From: the human T2T-CHM13v2.0 reference genome, Homo sapiens
Direction: 5' to 3'
Length of the DNA stretch: 64,000 bases
Assembly: GCA_009914755.4 (NCBI GenBank)
Contig: CP086569.2
Coordinates: forward strand, 15,232,001-15,296,000
Shown: positions 59,274 to 64,000 of the stretch, one piece after another
How the letters are laid out: the number at the start of each line of letters is the position of its first letter
How positions within the stretch are numbered: position 1 is the stretch's first letter
The notes under the pieces: model-generated
Database searches by the model: none
What the model was told of the DNA's origin: nothing
Seen by the model: the letters and a program-made list of their open reading frames with translations, nothing else
Position numbers and translations under genes: made by a program

Positions 59274-59330
59274 TATGTGTGTGTGCATGCGTGTGTGTGT
59301 GTAGTGTATGTGTATGTATACACACAAAAC
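59274..59330. repeat. (GT)n/(GTAT)n imperfect microsatellite
   Basis: gtgtgtgtgcatgcgtgtgtgtgtgtagtgtatgtgtatgtatacacac. Confidence 0.9.
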
Positions 59331-59430
59331 ACCCACATACCCATAAGTATATATAGATATGCATACACACCTATATATATGCACACATAAATATGTATAC
59401 ACCTATATATGCATATAGTTCTCTCTCAGA

Positions 59431-59640
59431 GATATAGATAGACAGACAGATACATAGATGGATAGATAGATAGATAGACAGACAGATATAGATGTGGATA
59501 GAATAGATGGTAGATAAATAGGATAGATGGAATAGAAGATTGAGATAGATATGGATGGAATAGATACCTCGATAACATGAGATAGATAGAATAGATAGAT
59601 ACATATAGATCAGATAGAGAGATTAAATAGAGATAGATGT
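59431..59640. repeat. (GATA)n/(GACA)n degenerate tetranucleotide block, about 210 bp, in the opposite strand sense to the TATC block at 57712-58260
   Basis: agatatagatagacagacagatacatagatggatagatagatagatagacagacagatatagatg... Confidence 0.9.
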
Positions 59641-60674
59641 GACACACATACATGCATATATACAGATCTTTAGAGTTCATGTCAGGCAGCTTTCTGAAGA
59701 TAATCTATGTATTAACTTCACAATTAAATCTTCACAACAGCCATGAGTTAGAAGATATCATTATAACAACATTGCACAAAGGACTGTTGCCCAAAGAGGC
59801 AAGTTACCCGACTTCCCCCAGCTAGCAAAAAGTGCAGGAGTGATGTGAACCCAGCCTGTGTGGTCTGTAGCTCCTTCTTCTGAACCACTATGTGCTATTG
59901 GAAGTTGCCATTTCTTTAGTTTTCCTGAAGTGCAAGGTGGCACTACAAGTGGATACCAATGTGCATAGAAATATTCACAGCAATCCTTCCTACTGAATTT
60001 ATTATTCCACTCCCAAAGCCAATCATCAATATAGAAATTTAACATTCATCCCTGCCATTCTATGTATTTAACCAAATCTCTTCCATATGACAGTTGCATT
60101 TTTACTTCCAAGCCGCTGGAGGAGATGAAGGATCCTCTGTAGTTTCTCTTGCTGGCAATAAGAGTTGCAAAAGCAAACTTTTGAATGCATCTAAGTTAAT
60201 CACCAAAGAGTGGCATTAGTAGTCCTGGTTCCATTTAAGTAGGTCCTGTATAGGATGTTCTTTATGTAATGAATATTTTAAGTCCTATCATTACTATTCT
60301 CATGTACATTCATCATTATCCACAAGTAATGGAAAAGCTTTTTCTGGCTCCCCAAGTACTGTGTGCTCATTTCAGAATATCTAATGCTCCTAATGCATTC
60401 CTTAATGATGACTCCAGTGTGTGATGAGGAACAGGGGTTTTGGAACTCAGAAAGCCAGCATGTCATTGCACACTCATCTTTAGTGGAGGCCCCTTGCCTA
60501 GTTTGAAATGCAATCCTGATACATACAGCTCAAAATACCTAGCCTTTCTGCTTCAGGTTATTCAAACCCAATGAAATTCTGATATCGTTTTAAAGATAAC
60601 TGTTGCACATAAAAAGTCACTTCTGATTTTTGTATGAGGAAGATAATGATTGCACATAATAAACCACCTATGAC

Positions 60675-64000
<3,326 letters not shown>

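Overview
The window is primate (most likely human) nuclear DNA and looks non-genic. It is dense with interspersed repeats, and I found no convincing host exon, tRNA, rRNA or CRISPR array. Three endogenous-retrovirus (ERV) loci dominate it, all on the minus strand.

1. Provirus A (15071-19875) is a gammaretrovirus-like (class I) HERV bounded by LTRs and internally deleted: LTR, gag, pro, most of pol missing, partial env, LTR.
2. Locus B (25130-34259) is a second, rearranged copy of the same class I family with no LTRs. It carries two diverged tandem copies of the CA/NC-PR-RT-RNaseH-IN block and an env with an immunosuppressive-domain remnant. It is cut off about 60 bp into its 3' U3. At its 5' end it abuts a plus-oriented R-U5 fragment that I recall as LTR12 (HERV-9) type.
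3. A betaretrovirus-like HERV-K(HML) provirus (about 49465-55730) has most of pol deleted and a largely readable env. It keeps a degenerate tRNA-Lys-type primer-binding site and a 5' LTR, but has no 3' LTR and abuts a MaLR LTR.

The remainder of the window is made up of common repeats:
- about 7 Alu elements;
- several MaLR LTRs (THE1/MST/MLT-like);
- a MER5A-like fragment;
- L1 fragments, including a young, nearly full-length L1PA running off the right edge whose ORF2 is broken but contains a 326-aa reverse-transcriptase ORF;
- an L1 3' end pair carrying a near-perfect inverted duplication of about 106 bp;
- GA-rich purine tracts, a CpG-containing (CGACA)n pentamer repeat, (TG/TA)n, (GATA)n/(TATC)n blocks and several local tandem duplications.

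I see no evidence for a novel biological system. The ERV cluster and its rearrangements are the most unusual content. Repeat family names come from memory of consensus sequences, not from a database search.
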